A DNA stretch of 64,000 nt. Origin: Eledone cirrhosa. Its lineage: Eukaryota. The position numbers were made by a program, and so were the translations under genes. The notes beneath the pieces are model-generated. The model was not told the origin of the DNA. It saw nothing but the letters and a program-made list of their open reading frames with translations, and made no database searches. Below, piece by piece: positions 39,593 through 53,850 of the stretch. The stretch's first letter is position 1. Each line of letters opens with the position of its first letter. The stretch is taken from assembly GCA_964016885.1 (NCBI GenBank), contig OZ024746.1:27652001-27716000 (forward strand), written 5' to 3'.

Positions 39593-39595
<3 letters not shown>
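38987..39595 (+). mobile_element. ~570-bp bipartite non-autonomous RTE derivative (family R1): 5'UTR-like segment, zinc-finger-coding 3' end, TATG tail
   Basis: 5' half resembles 930-1040 and 23665-23745; 3' half matches four other copies in the window; inserted next to a (TATG)n tract. Confidence 0.85.
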
Positions 39596-39629
<34 letters not shown>

Positions 39630-39636
39630 ATATATA

Positions 39637-39751
39637 TGCAAAAGTTCTATTTAAAATTGTTGGGATACAACAAGTAAATATTTTTTATAACTGATATAAA
39701 GCACTCGACAAGTATTTGGAGTAGATATACGATATTAATAAATGGAAACTA

Positions 39752-39760
<9 letters not shown>
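39637..39760 (-). mobile_element. 3' end of Penelope-like family G in (TA)n
   Basis: Reverse complement of ~49400-49520. Confidence 0.8.
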
Positions 39761-39831
<71 letters not shown>

Positions 39832-40646
39832 ATGAATGTATACATGCATGTAAGTGTATGTGTGCCAGTGTATACATGTATACCTAGGAGTGTATACATG
39901 CATATAAGTGTATGTGTGTGTGAGTGTGCGTCGTCATTGTTTCAATACTGTTGGAGAAACGACAGCTTTATAGGTGATTGTAACGATAAAAACATTATTT
40001 AGATAATAAAAGATGTCTGATATATATATTATAGATTCATATCAATAACTCTAATGGATAATTTGCGTAAAATATGTACTATATATATATTGCTAATTAA
40101 GAAAACTACATTTCACTATATCCTCTCATACACATACATATATATATATATACATAAACACATACACGCATACATACACACACGCACACACAAACACACA
40201 CACATATATATATATGGGTTTTGTATATATGTATATGATTAGCATAATAATACTCCGAGATTATATATATATATATATATACTATATTATATTTAGAGAT
40301 TACACTCATAGTCGTTTACAATTAATCAGCTCAAAGAAAGAGGCAATACAAACACGTTTTGTGTTTATCATATATATTAATGTATAACTTGTATATATAT
40401 ATATATATATAATCACGCGGCATTATTATACTAAACATATACATACAAATATAGTCATATATATAATCACACAGAATTATCATAGTAGCTTACATACTCG
40501 TATATACGCATACATATACACACTGGTATACATGGTGTCGTCGCACTAGTATTGTACTAATCATATTAATAGCGAGGAATCAGATGAAATGTCTGCTACA
40601 GATAAGATAAATAGAAACACCATTGAAATATTACACACACACAGAG

Positions 40647-40724
<78 letters not shown>

Positions 40725-41285
40725 ACACATACAGGCACGCACACATATATATATACACAGGCACACAGTCACATACATATATACATAGGCCCACACACAT
40801 ATATACACATACACTTTCGCTCTTTATTTATATGTGTTACGCCACCACCCCTCTCTCTCTCTTCCTCCTCTATCTTCCCCACCCTAGCACTTCTTCTCTG
40901 ACCACTTCACTAACACCAAGTCACTAAATACATCTCCCTTGGACTATACGTGGATATTCAGATACACATACACATGCTCATACACATACATAAACATACA
41001 TACACTTACCTCACATACATTTACCAAAAATAATTCCGCTAGAGACAATACAAACAGTCACAAACAGTGTTGCACTGGGTCTAAAAATATTGGTTGCCAG
41101 GAGATGAAGGGGGCCCACCTACATATAAAATGCTATCATTTAATTTTTATAATGAATAAATAACATTTTCAAAAAATACATAGTGGAAACAAAACAGTGC
41201 AATCAAATTTTTGCGGGAAAATATCTTACCTTCTCCAATAAAATATATGTATTTTGCGAAATTCAGTGACTTTCAATAATGACCA

Positions 41286-41730
41286 GAAGTCAACCCTAAG
41301 TATTACTAATAGCTCCAGGAAAGCCATGAACGACGCCACATCTTTTTTTGAAAGTAGGTTTATAATTATCGATTTTCATTATACTTTCGGAGCTGTCTCG
41401 GTGGCCTACTTGGAGGAATCATAGACGGTGGTGATCTTGGTCTGAAGTTCGATCCTGGTCGGGAGTAGGATTCCCGGTAAACCTTTTCAGTTCTTTTCTA
41501 TGGGTTGTAAAATAAAAGCTGAAAAATGTTACATGTACCTCTTGACTAGAATTGAACACAACGCCAGGATCTCCACTGCTCTAGTACTTAACACTAGGCT
41601 AAAGAGACAACTACGAAAATCTTATGAAAATTCATACTTATAAACCTACTTTAAACATTTTCAAAACAAAGTGTTGTAGTGTCGTTCATGTCTTTCTTAA
41701 TGTTAATACTCCTACTTAAGGCGGACTTCT
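41286..41730. mobile_element. Old fold-back element whose arms each end in a tRNA-like A/B-box segment
   Basis: Arms ~41286-41465 and ~41535-41730 share CATGAACGAC, AAAGTAGGTTTATAA, (T/A)GCCTA(C/G)T and GTTC(G/A)AT. Confidence 0.6.
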
Positions 41731-42010
41731 AAATCATTTGGGTGTTCCATACGCTACATCCTCGTTTTGTTTCACATCTATCTAGACTATATTTTAAACT
41801 GTAATCCATGTTTCATTTCTGTTGTACTTAATTTCTTCCCCTTCTCTCTCTTTTTCTCTCTGTGATATTTGAATCTACTATGATTTGGGCTTACCTTATT
41901 CCTATATATATGTTTTTTCATGTCAGTTAGATTCAAACTTACAATGATTGGCATTATATATATAAAGATGGATAATACCCTCTTTCGCCCATGTATATAT
42001 ATATATATAC

Positions 42011-42084
<74 letters not shown>

Positions 42085-42501
42085 ACTAGAAATTGATTGA
42101 CATATTTAAAATAAATACATGAAACAATCAAAGAGGATCATTTGTAGGGAGGTAACTAATTAAAGTTTAACTAGAACTTCAAATATTACCTTTTAAAAAT
42201 GATTAACCTTCCTTGTATATACTTCATTAAAGAAATATATTTCACCATTAATCCGTAAAATGTGAAAAAACACACACATGCACAAACGTACACACTCACA
42301 TACAGAGAAACAATAGAAAAAAAATAACTTACACACACGCACAGACACACATTCACGTGAAAACACATTTACCAAAAAAACAAAGAACTCACACCTACAC
42401 ACCAGTGTGCACACACCAAGAATATAAGACTCAGAGACACACACGTGTATACACACACACACACCAACAAACAATAATGCACACCTTCCATATTCACCAT
42501 G

Positions 42502-42706
42502 TTGTTTAGATATTGTCAAAGCTCTTTCGTCACACATTCTGTGACCTACTTAGTGACTAGGCTTTTATTTTGTGTCTCTCCTTTGTTCTGTCCTACACCA
42601 TCTAGCTTTTGGTGTAGGACAGAACAAAGGAGAGACAAAATAAAAAGCCAGTCACTAAGTAGGTCACAGAATGTGTGGCGAAAAAGCTTTGACAATATAT
42701 AAACAA
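42502..42706. repeat. ~100-bp-arm palindrome with 9-nt loop
   Basis: 42502-42600 versus 42610-42706 with a few substitutions and indels. Confidence 0.9.
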
Positions 42707-43427
42707 TTATCCGGTTATCGAACCAACAAGCCAACCAACCAGCCAACCAGCCAACCAACCGAAGTGAAAACCAACAGCTGCATGTGTTTTATTGGCAGCA
42801 TCACCCTCCCAAAGTATAACCATATCTGTTTCAACTCACGTTTGCAAATCAAATTCAAATAACAAAATAAACAGTCATATATTTTAGTCAAAATATGCGT
42901 GTGGGATCATGAAAGATTCCCACTACCGTATGGTAGGATTACGAGAGCGTAATGTGTGTTGTTACTTTCACTGATTTCTGTTATGACTCTGCTCCTAGAT
43001 GGATTCGTTACTTCGTGAGGAGATGCAGGAATCAGCTTCATCTCACCATGAAATTCAAAAATCGTCCTCAATATGTACAACTAAAATACCAATCTCTAAT
43101 TATCTTTAGGTAATATACATTCTCCTTAAATTGCCTTTACGCTAAAGGGACTAAATGGACGTAACTAAATACTACTAGATATTTCTACCAACGCTTTGTC
43201 GATTGTACTAATTAATTGTTCTAATATATGACTACGTATAATATAATATTAATATTAATGACGGGTCGTTAGCGTTAATGAAAGTACTTTTCAGAAGAAA
43301 CAGATGAAAGAATCACCAAAGGTAATTTCTCAAATAGATACACCGAGAGATTGAGTCTAATATTTGGTAGCTATGGTCATAATGCATATATGAGATAGAA
43401 TTAAATATCCCAAATCATTATTAACAT

Positions 43428-43620
43428 GAGGGCGGTGAATTGGCAGTATCGATAGAGGGTTGGACGCCATGCTTTCCAGCATAGTTACATCCCTTTACGG
43501 TCTGAGTTCAAATCCCGTCAAGGTTAACTTTGCCTTTCATCCTTATGGGGTCGATAAAATAAAGTACCAGTAATGTACTGGTGTAATTGCTGGCCTTGTG
43601 CCAAAAGTAGAAACAATTAT
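43428..43620 (+). mobile_element. tRNA-headed SINE (group 1), apparently full length
   Basis: GGCGGTGAATTGGCAG start, B-box and central block; flanked by a direct repeat ATTATTAACATGAG (43416-43429 and 43616-43629), a candidate TSD. Confidence 0.88.
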
Positions 43621-44073
43621 TAACATGAGTGATACGAGTAACAATAACACGAAACCGTTAAAATAAGCGCAGCTTATCAACATTTTATCGTATTCCTTGA
43701 CTGAACAACATAATAACTAGATGCACCATAACATTTGAAGAGAGAAGTGAGTTCTAATGTTCAGTAAACAAACGATGGGGTTAGGTCGGTGATAAATATA
43801 TGAAGATGCAGATAAATATATATGGCAATTGGAAAGGATATGATAGAAAATGAGAGGAAATAGCAGATGTAAACTATTATCAATATAATGTGTTTAGATC
43901 GAAGGGAAATGAAATACTGATGCGAAGGAAAAGCAGAAAGCAGTGAGGGAAAAACTACCATCAATGCAATATGAAGTGTAGGGATGCTTGAATGAAGTAG
44001 ATACAAATACACACTCAAAGATATTATATTTTCTGTGTAGTTCAAGTGATACATCATCCACATAAATCGTTGT

Positions 44074-44164
<91 letters not shown>

Positions 44165-44265
44165 CCTATCTATCTATTTATCTATCTACCGATCTGTATA
44201 TCTATCAATCACCCAATTTATCTATTTATCTGTACACACACACAGCCGGACACACACATACATAG

Positions 44266-44315
<50 letters not shown>

Positions 44316-44319
44316 GTAT

Positions 44320-44365
<46 letters not shown>

Positions 44366-45179
44366 GTATACGTGTGTGTGTGTATGTTTTGTATACGTGT
44401 GTGTGCGTGTATGTGCCCATATCCGTATGTGTGTATGAGTCTATGTATGTGTATGTATATATGTATAACACCTTCTCCATTGCCTCTCACCTTCCCTCCA
44501 TCTTTGTTCTTCGCCACCCCCACCGATACTCCCCCACTCTCCATATTTGTGTCCGCATGCGCGCATGCACATACATGTGTGTATATATACATATGGCTAT
44601 GTATGCGCGTGTATCGATATGTGTGGGCGCGTGTGTCGATATGTGTGGGCAACGGTGTGCGTATGTGTTTTTTTGTGTGTGTTTATACATCAATATATGT
44701 GCGCATATATACATATGTGTGTGTGTATAATTATATACAACGTATTTGTCAGACGAAGACCGTCTAGCAATATATCCCCGTAAGGACTTGACACCACCAA
44801 CACATTCACCACACCACCACAAACACCACTACCATAAACAACAACACTACAACCACACCCCCAGACACGCCAACCCGTCTACCGACAATTCACTAACCTC
44901 ATACGACAGCCCATCCCAGTAAGCGTTCAAAACCACCATCATATCATCACATCCACCACCACATATTCTACAGGCCAAGGCCAAACGACCACCACCACAC
45001 CACAGCCCATCTCATCCACCGACCGTCACCAACATCTCACCATCACATCCACCCCCACATACACTACAGGCCAGTACATCCCCTTGATCCTTCCCACCAA
45101 TCAAAACAACTCATTTTGTCAAACTCTTGAAACTCTGACTTTACCACATAGCATGGATTTCATTTTCTTATAGCATTTT

Positions 45180-45320
45180 AAGAAGGTCCGTCGAGCTGCC
45201 GATTATTGAGTCGGGTAGGATCGATACAGATCGAACCTTGAGCTGATCAGTGGCGAAACGCGCGTGACCTATCAATAAATGCAATGAAGGAGTAATCAAT
45301 CGTCCTTGCTCTCCTTTCAA
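45180..45320 (+). mobile_element. Penelope-like fragment family H (hammerhead 3' half)
   Basis: GAAACGCGCGTG then AATAAA; homologous to the minus strand of ~48460-48535 (GAAACGCGCGTC..AATAAA). Confidence 0.6.
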
Positions 45321-45384
45321 TATATATATATATATATAATGTATATATATGCATATATATATATATATAAATATATATATATAT

Positions 45385-45505
45385 CTCACCTGAAGAAGGG
45401 CTTATGCCTGAAACGTCGTCCCCCACCTACCCCCCACTCTCCTGAGCGTGAATTTAATAAACATTTATTGTACTGCCTCTCTGTTCTGTCCCTGTTCAAT
45501 TTTTC

Positions 45506-45508
<3 letters not shown>
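45385..45508 (+). mobile_element. Short TA-flanked element with hammerhead core
   Basis: CTCAC-CTGAAGA-agggcttatgcct-GAAACGTC-GT; downstream part identical to ~57907-57985 and similar to ~19888-19978. Confidence 0.65.
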
Positions 45509-45540
<32 letters not shown>

Positions 45541-45542
<2 letters not shown>

Positions 45543-45741
45543 CAAAGGAATTGTGGTAAGGAACCAGATGGACCATAACGCACCAGAGTACTCAATACTT
45601 AGGGTAGTAGAGTGGGAAATAGGAAAAAGTATGACCCCGACAGCAGAGCTCATGCCGTTTCGTCGGCTATTTCTGGAGAGTTAGTCCAGAAATAGCCGTC
45701 GAAACTGCTTGATCTCTGCCGTCGGGGGTCATACTTTTTCA
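45541..45741 (-). mobile_element. Fold-back element family B, third copy
   Basis: Palindrome ~45624-45740 with axis in TTCTGGA-gagttag-TCCAGAA. Confidence 0.85.
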
Positions 45742-45746
45742 TATAT

Positions 45747-45941
45747 ATCTCTCTGCACTTGTCGTCACAGGGTACCATGGCCCCAGCACTATGTGTCAAT
45801 ATTTGTCACAAGTGTGGTGTTTGTACCAGAGTTTTCAAGTCGCTGGCTGGACTAAAAGGTCACACTCGTTCAGTGCATCTGTAGGGGTTCTCCTATATGG
45901 ATATAAAGTAGTGGCCGTACTCGAAAACGAGTTGGCAGCCA

Positions 45942-45945
<4 letters not shown>
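45747..45945 (+). mobile_element. RTE-derived family R1 3' fragment
   Basis: Matches 39363-39558. Confidence 0.85.
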
Positions 45946-46004
<59 letters not shown>

Positions 46005-46062
46005 TGAGTGAGAAATGAAATATATATAAGAGTGAGAAATGAAATTTCGTTTCATTTTTTCC

Positions 46063-46125
<63 letters not shown>

Positions 46126-46889
46126 TAGGCGTGTATGTGATTATTTGTGAGTATATGAGTGTGTATGAGTGTGTAGGTGTGCCTGTGTCTGAGTGCATTT
46201 TTGTGACTGTATTTTGCTTGTGCACTGTAACGTCTCGCTGTCGGTTTAATATGCCTATCTCGGCAAATAGATATATGTGTGCATATCAATATTAGCCTAA
46301 AGATTAACTACCTCTACCGAGGAAATGTAAGAACACAACTTTGTACATATTCACAGCCACAAACACAAAGACACAGACACTCACTAAAATACAAACTTAC
46401 ACACACTAAAACACAAACACATACACACACACACACACATACTACACACACACACACACACATATGTATGCATAGACACACCTGAACGAAGAAAAAAAAA
46501 AAAAAGAAATGATATCTATGAAGAGGTGAACTACATAAAATTCTTCGAATAGTGATGATTGCATTATATATATATATTGAAAATAAAACCCTACAAATGT
46601 ATATATAGTCACAAAAACGCCGTGTAGGAAAACATACACAGACACCGACTCACACACATATATATGCTTACATATATACATCGGTGTATAAGTGTGTGTT
46701 CCTGTTAAATATGTACGTGTGTGTATACATGAAGATATTTGAGTGGGAAAGGGTTTAGAAATAAAAGCTTTCTGATTACATAAAAAACGCAACATTTCCG
46801 TTGGGCAAACATGGTGCGTATGTCATTGCGCTTCATAAATTCAATTTTATTAGAAAATATAAGAATATGTACATGTATGTATGTAGGTG

Positions 46890-47175
<286 letters not shown>

Positions 47176-47248
47176 CTGTCATGTAAATATTCCACTCACT
47201 CATATAAAAGAAAAGTACACACGACGATAATTCTTTCACAAATAATTT

Positions 47249-47328
<80 letters not shown>

Positions 47329-47768
47329 TATATATATATGTATGTAATAGATGAGGATCATACATAGTACAAAACACGCATAGTGATATAAGTATATGCA
47401 TATATATATATGTGTGTGAGTGTGCCTGTGTGAGTGTATATATATGTGTGTGTTTAGGTATGTATATATATATATATATGTATATGCATGAGCGTATGTT
47501 TACCTATATACAAAATATTATGCAACGTTATAGAAGAGTGTGTATGTCACTATATTTGGCTGTATGTCACTATATTTGCCTGCATGTATATATATAAAGG
47601 TAGATATGTTTGTATGTGTATATGTGATAACATATGTGTGGTGTGTGTTGTGGGAGTAATTGTATGAAAGGTTTTATGTGTTTCCCCATAAACTTGCGTG
47701 CATATTTATAATTACTGAACATCCTATTGGGTGCTGAGTCAGCAGAAATTCAGATGAAAAGAACTCTC

Positions 47769-47878
<110 letters not shown>

Positions 47879-48221
47879 ACATATACATATATATATATAT
47901 ACAATATGTATACAGCGTGTGTGAATATGTACGTGTTTGCGATAAGAAATTGTATGCAAGGTAAGCAGATGTTAGTCTTTCTCAATGAACACTCATGCTC
48001 AATTTCACAAAACTTATTAAATATCACTAGATTTTCCCAAATATTTTTTTTTTGTTTCCATTACACATCAGATGTTGACTACTCTCAATTTCTTACCATT
48101 CCAGCATTTTCTCTTTCTCCTCTGCCACTATGCCACTATTCCAAACATACCCCTAACCCATTATCCGATTATCCCATGGGATCCAGCCTGTTAGGTATAC
48201 CAACCTTATCATATAGATATA

Positions 48222-48284
<63 letters not shown>

Positions 48285-48287
48285 GTA

Positions 48288-48386
<99 letters not shown>

Positions 48387-48421
48387 ATATATATATATAT
48401 AAAGATATATATATGTATATA

Positions 48422-48704
48422 TAATAAAGAGTTGGAATGCGGTATCAAAATAGCACTATTATTTTTATTCATCTGTGACGCGCGTTTCGCGATCGATCAG
48501 CTCAAGTTACGATCAATATCGATCATGCCCGACACTAATCCTAACCTTAAACTTAACCCCAACCCTATCTCCACTCGGGAACATATGACTCTAACCCAGC
48601 TTTCTTAAATGAGAGAAGATATCGGCAACCGAACTCACTCAGTAATCGAGTAATCGAGTACTGAATCCGGGCAACCAATAGTAACTTAAGTTTACGCACC
48701 AATA

Positions 48705-48708
<4 letters not shown>
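48422..48708. mobile_element. Back-to-back Penelope-like fragments (family H minus, family I plus) in (TA)n
   Basis: Minus-strand GAAACGCGCGTC at 48477-48488; 48631-48708 is the inverted copy of 49603-49681, which has minus-strand GAAACCGGTC. Confidence 0.65.
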
Positions 48709-48763
<55 letters not shown>

Positions 48764-48764
<1 letters not shown>

Positions 48765-48900
48765 GTAGGTCCCGGGTTGAGTCGGGGATAACCACAGTAA
48801 GTAAGGTACTCAATACATGGCAGAGTAACATTTTTTTATTTTATAGAAGGAGCTTCTACAGGACTAGTACTGTTTCATTCAGATGAAATCTTCAGGAAGC
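48764..48900 (-). mobile_element. Family A copy, unfolded, starting exactly at hammerhead helix I
   Basis: Reverse complement of 3726-3864; begins GCTTCCTGAAGA; complete hammerhead on minus 48852-48900. Confidence 0.88.
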
Positions 48901-48952
48901 GCATATATACATACACACACACACACATACACACACACATACATATATATAT

Positions 48953-49516
48953 ATATACGATATTAATAAATGGAAACTATATTTATAAAACCATATTTAT
49001 TTCATTATACATATTTCAGGGATACTCTCTGTTGCTTTCCTCTGGTTTTCTTATTTCTTCCTTTTTTCTTTTTTCTTTCTTTCCTCCTGTCTTTATTTAT
49101 CTCTTTCTTTTTTCTCCATGCATTTCTCTCTCTCCGATATTTCTCCACGTTTTTTCTTTCTCTCTCTCCGTCTTTTTCTTTCTCTCCGTCTTTTTCTAAT
49201 TGTCCTTAACACTATGACTTATTAAAATAATATAAACAACTCACTATCCAGATGGCCTCCAAAAATAATGGTTGCATTTTAAAAGGGTACGTCAAAGCTT
49301 ATTTGTAAAACTGTTATATATTGTATTTTGTCTGATGAAGGCATACCATAATTTAATTTGGTATCACTGAAATATGTATAATGAAATAAATATGGTTTTA
49401 TAAATATAGTTTCCATTTATTAATATCGTATATCTACTCCAAATACTTGTCGAGTGCTTTATATCAGTTATAAAAATATTTACTTGTTGTATCCCAACAA
49501 CTTTAAATAGAACTTT

Positions 49517-49520
<4 letters not shown>
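48953..49520 (+). mobile_element. Penelope-like family G: 5' inverted partial terminal repeat, spacer, and 3' terminal repeat with hammerhead
   Basis: 48953-49025 is the inverted copy of 49361-49432; TA tracts at both ends. Confidence 0.82.
49325..49387 (+). ncRNA. Type I hammerhead ribozyme, partly decayed (predicted cleavage after AUA, 49380)
   Basis: ATTTTGT-CTGATGA-aggcATACCA..TGGTATcact-GAAAT-ATGT-ATA-ATGAAAT; helix I with two G-U pairs; AATAAA immediately after. Confidence 0.7.
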
Positions 49521-49580
<60 letters not shown>

Positions 49581-50045
49581 TAATAATAATAATATATATA
49601 TATAGTTTATTCGTGCGTTAACTTAAGTTACTATTGGTTGACCGGTTTCAGTACTCGATTACTCGATTACTGAGTGAGTTCTGTTATATATAGAGATTAA
49701 AATTGGCACTCCCAAAATTCTTATTTAGATTTACTCATGGTATTCTCATGAGAAACCCATTATATACTTGTTTAGCAGTAAATTAATTTACCATCTGTCA
49801 TATACTATCCCCCCTGTTTCTTCCTCTATTACTAATATAAATACTTCAATTTTTCTGATTTTATCCAATTTATCCAAAATCTCTGAAGAAGTGACAACTG
49901 ATTATACATTTGCTATCGAATACTTGCTAACATTATATGATTACGCAAGCAGCGATACATAGGTATTCCGTCTGTTACAGAAATATATGTCAATACCTAA
50001 TAAATTCCTTTTTTAAAAAAAGCACTTTCATTTTATATTCATCCT

Positions 50046-50116
<71 letters not shown>

Positions 50117-51569
50117 GAGTGAGAGAGAGGGAGAGAGAGAAAGAGAGGGAGATTGATAAATTTATATATATATAATATAAATATAAATTTCTCCCTCCTA
50201 TATATATATATATATATATATATAATTGGTGTTGGATGCTTAAAGCGTCCGTATGCGATAGGCCGTATGAGCACTCGATGCCCTCGTAGAGCACAGTATG
50301 ATATCACAGAAAAAAGAGAATCAGTGTTGCGACGAAAGGAATTTTGGACATATTATAATTGTTTCTCGGGCGACCAGCTCGAGGCACGATCGATGTGGTG
50401 ATCAAACCTGACTCTGAAATCGCGTGGTCCTCGGATACGTCTCTATTCTACGAAGCAGATTTTCCTAATATATATAGCTAGATAGATAGCTTTATCTCCA
50501 CAATGTGTATGCAGGTGAAAGGAATTTGCACCTTGTCAAGCAGTTATATTTTATTGAACAATTACAAGATGATATGACGCCAATCTAGTTAGTGTAATAT
50601 TATTTCTATGTTTGACACAAGGCTAGCAATTTGAAGGGAAGAGGAAAGTTGATTAAATCGATTACCTTAATGGTACTTTAATTTGTATTAAAAATGCATA
50701 GGTATCTATTTAAAACCTTAGAAATAAATACCGTTAAAATAGTGTTTTCGTTGCATTTGCATATATATTACTATATATATTCGATTAGTACTTCGATATA
50801 TAAGATATATAAGTGGCTAAGTAACTAAATGTCGGATAGAAAGTTTTGCAGCTTACGTTCCGACTCACTACACTCTGAGTTCGAATCCCCCGTAGGTCAA
50901 CTTAACTGTTCATCCATTCGACAACGATATATACAATATCATTAAAGCAGCCAAGAGACTTCCTATAAGGTATAACTTCATAGGAGGCCAGCTACACCTA
51001 AATAGGTGAAACCATACCTCATAGGAGGCCCACCAAAGCTGCTTGGATATTAATTAGCTATGAATTTAATTTCATTTCAAGATACGACACTCTGTGCGTC
51101 TAACCTCGTTTTATAGGTTTTACGAAGCGAACTTCTCAAACATTTGGTCATGGTTCTGTATCTATGCTTTACTATTATCGCTCAATAAATGGATATGTAT
51201 TTCTAAGCATGTGGTGTTTGAACACACAGTTAAGCATTTATCGATCTTTAATTCTCTCTGATTGAAAATACATATTATCCGTTTGCTTTAAACAAATATT
51301 GATAGCAGATCTTAAACAGTAGATATTGATTTGACAAGGTAGCATAGATATATGTTTATGATTCTACTCTAAAGATTAACATAACAGCAACGTTCTATTA
51401 TTGATTCTAAGCTGACAATGATGTGTTACTTCGACTCTGGGATAGAATCGACCTCTACCGACTGGTCCAGGAATCGAAGTTGCGACTTTGCGAACCTCAG
51501 CTGAACGTCCTACTAAGCCACGCGCCTTCATACATTAATATAACACTAAAGCTAGAGTAAATATAAAGT

Positions 51570-51715
51570 ATTGTAAATGGTAAAGGGTTACTATAGTATA
51601 TGTAGAGTAATGTAAGTAGTAAAGGGTTACAATAGTAAATATAGAGTAATGCAAATAGTAAAGGGTTACTATAGTATATATATAGAGTAATGTAAATAGG
51701 AAAGGGTTACTATAG
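51570..51715. repeat. ~39-bp tandem repeat, 4 units
   Basis: AAAGGGTTAC(T/A)ATAGTA..AGAGTAATG repeated. Confidence 0.88.
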
Positions 51716-53564
51716 ACACAGCTTCACTGTAACAAATACCTAAATATGGAATGTTATGCGATATTGATACCAAGCTGACCTGAATTCACTATTTTACTAC
51801 TGTTGGAATGGTAAAGGTATTATCTAAATTTCCAATCAACTTTTTAAAAAATTCTGTCACATATAAGGGTGAATTTAAATGTCACTCCCACCCTATACCA
51901 CCAACATTGCTGGCCTTGTGCCTAATTTTTAAACAAGTGTCTTTTGTTAGTCCAGGTGTATATTGAAATATAAATAAATCCCGGTGTATTATGGAAATGA
52001 CCTATTATGTTATAGTTGCAGTTTTTAAGCTCAGGTTAGTTCTGATGGAGCAGACCTCAATGTGATTTGAACGGACTTCACGAGAAAGATGATTGGATGA
52101 CCAGATTAAGCTTACTGTGTTAGGTTGGAAATTGAAACTGCGTTGATAATTGTGGTTTTTAACTCCAGGTCGAGTAAATATATGATCGAGTGTTACGACC
52201 ACGACAATCCGATCATGACAATTCCATCGATTTTGTATAGATTTAACTATATATTTTTAAAAAATAGATGATTTGAGAGATATTTCGCATTGCTATTTCT
52301 TGCAAAGTAAACAAGTATTTAGAGGTTGCCTCGTGTGTTCTTTTTTAATGATGTATACCTTTTTAATGGTATACAATTTTTTTTAATGGTATATACATTT
52401 TTAAATGTGTATCCGTTTTAATGGTTGAATAAGCACATGATACACAACTGTTTACATGTAACGGAAATCAATTTGGATAGATAGTAGATTGCATCGTAGT
52501 CTGAAAACCAATCGTATTTCCCACTCCTCTACCTGTACATAATCAATTATGATAAATATATGAATTAATTTCCTCGCTGTGTAACTATTTGAACATGTAT
52601 CTGTATGCATATTTATGAATTTTAAGCGACCTTATTAATTCACACACACACTCATTTATTCATAACCAGACATTTATCCATACATAAATGTATAATTTTC
52701 ACACGAACGCTTATTGATAAATATACATGCATGTATATTCATATATAGATTTCAAACAACCTTGCTTCTCCAAATATCTACAAAAACATTTTCTCTCTAT
52801 AGTATCAAATTAATTTTATCGATTAATACTTGGTTTATGTGTTCCTTGCATATATTTTCCATGGAATTAGAAACAATCGCTCAATGTATGTCGATTAGTA
52901 TTATATATAGCACCTCATACATAAGTAATGTAGCAATGGGTGTATTGAGATCAGTTATCAGTTTACACTGAACAACCAGTCTATTTAACCAATAATTGAA
53001 CAAACCAATCAGAAACATTCCATTAAAGAATCACCAATTGAAATGGAAGTTGTGTTTATATATCATTTAGAATTGATTGCCGTGTTTAATATAATATGGA
53101 AATATTATTCTCTGAGGAAAGCTAAAGTAGAATTTCGCCATGTTATTATAACAGAACATCTCAACTGATTAGAGAAATTATAATGTTCAGATATTTAGTA
53201 AAGTATTTAGTAAAGATATTAATTATATATTTACACATTTAATTGTTAGGTGACATTTTCAGATGTCGAGAGTATCCGATGAGATTATTCGTCGATATAA
53301 TTAGAAATATATGAATTCAGTTCATTAAATATTGGTGACTCAGTAGGAGAATGTGCACTGTATGAATGAAGATCACACTTAAATGGCGATTATTCTACAC
53401 AATCATGACATTTACTTCACCCTTGTGTAAATGTTAATTTCATACATAAAACACGCAGTGTATTGTTCAGATATGCATTACATTGATTACATTTAAAAAG
53501 ATATATGTATAGACGGAAGTATATCATTAAGTTACTCTAGATCATCATCTATGTATGTATGAGT

Positions 53565-53850
53565 GTGTTGGACCTCCATCAGTTTCGAGAAGGAGTCTTC
53601 TTGCTGTTCCAACAACGGAACAACCTTCTCGGGAAAATATATACGTGGTTGAGTATTCCACAAATGCGTGCAATCTTAATGTAGTTCTCGGCGATATTCA
53701 TCCTGAAAAAGCAGGTGACAAAACTGGACTTTTCACCTACAGATACAACTCATTTTTGCTAACAGCAATTAGAGTGTTTTACTCAAGGACACAAGGCGCC
53801 GCTTAGATTGAGGGCGGAACACATAAACCACTAAAGCACGCACCTTCTAA
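53565..53850 (-). mobile_element. Diverged group 2 SINE
   Basis: AGTGTTTTACTCAAGGACACAA and AACCACTAAAGCACGCACCTTC match the reverse complement of group 2 head and core. Confidence 0.6.

Noticed and set aside
48536-48567. Telomere-like CTAACC repeats
   Set aside because: Only 4-5 imperfect units embedded in a repeat fragment
50225-50468. TA-flanked segment with minus-strand GAAACAATTATA as a hammerhead
   Set aside because: No CUGANGA core or helix I found, and no second copy in the window
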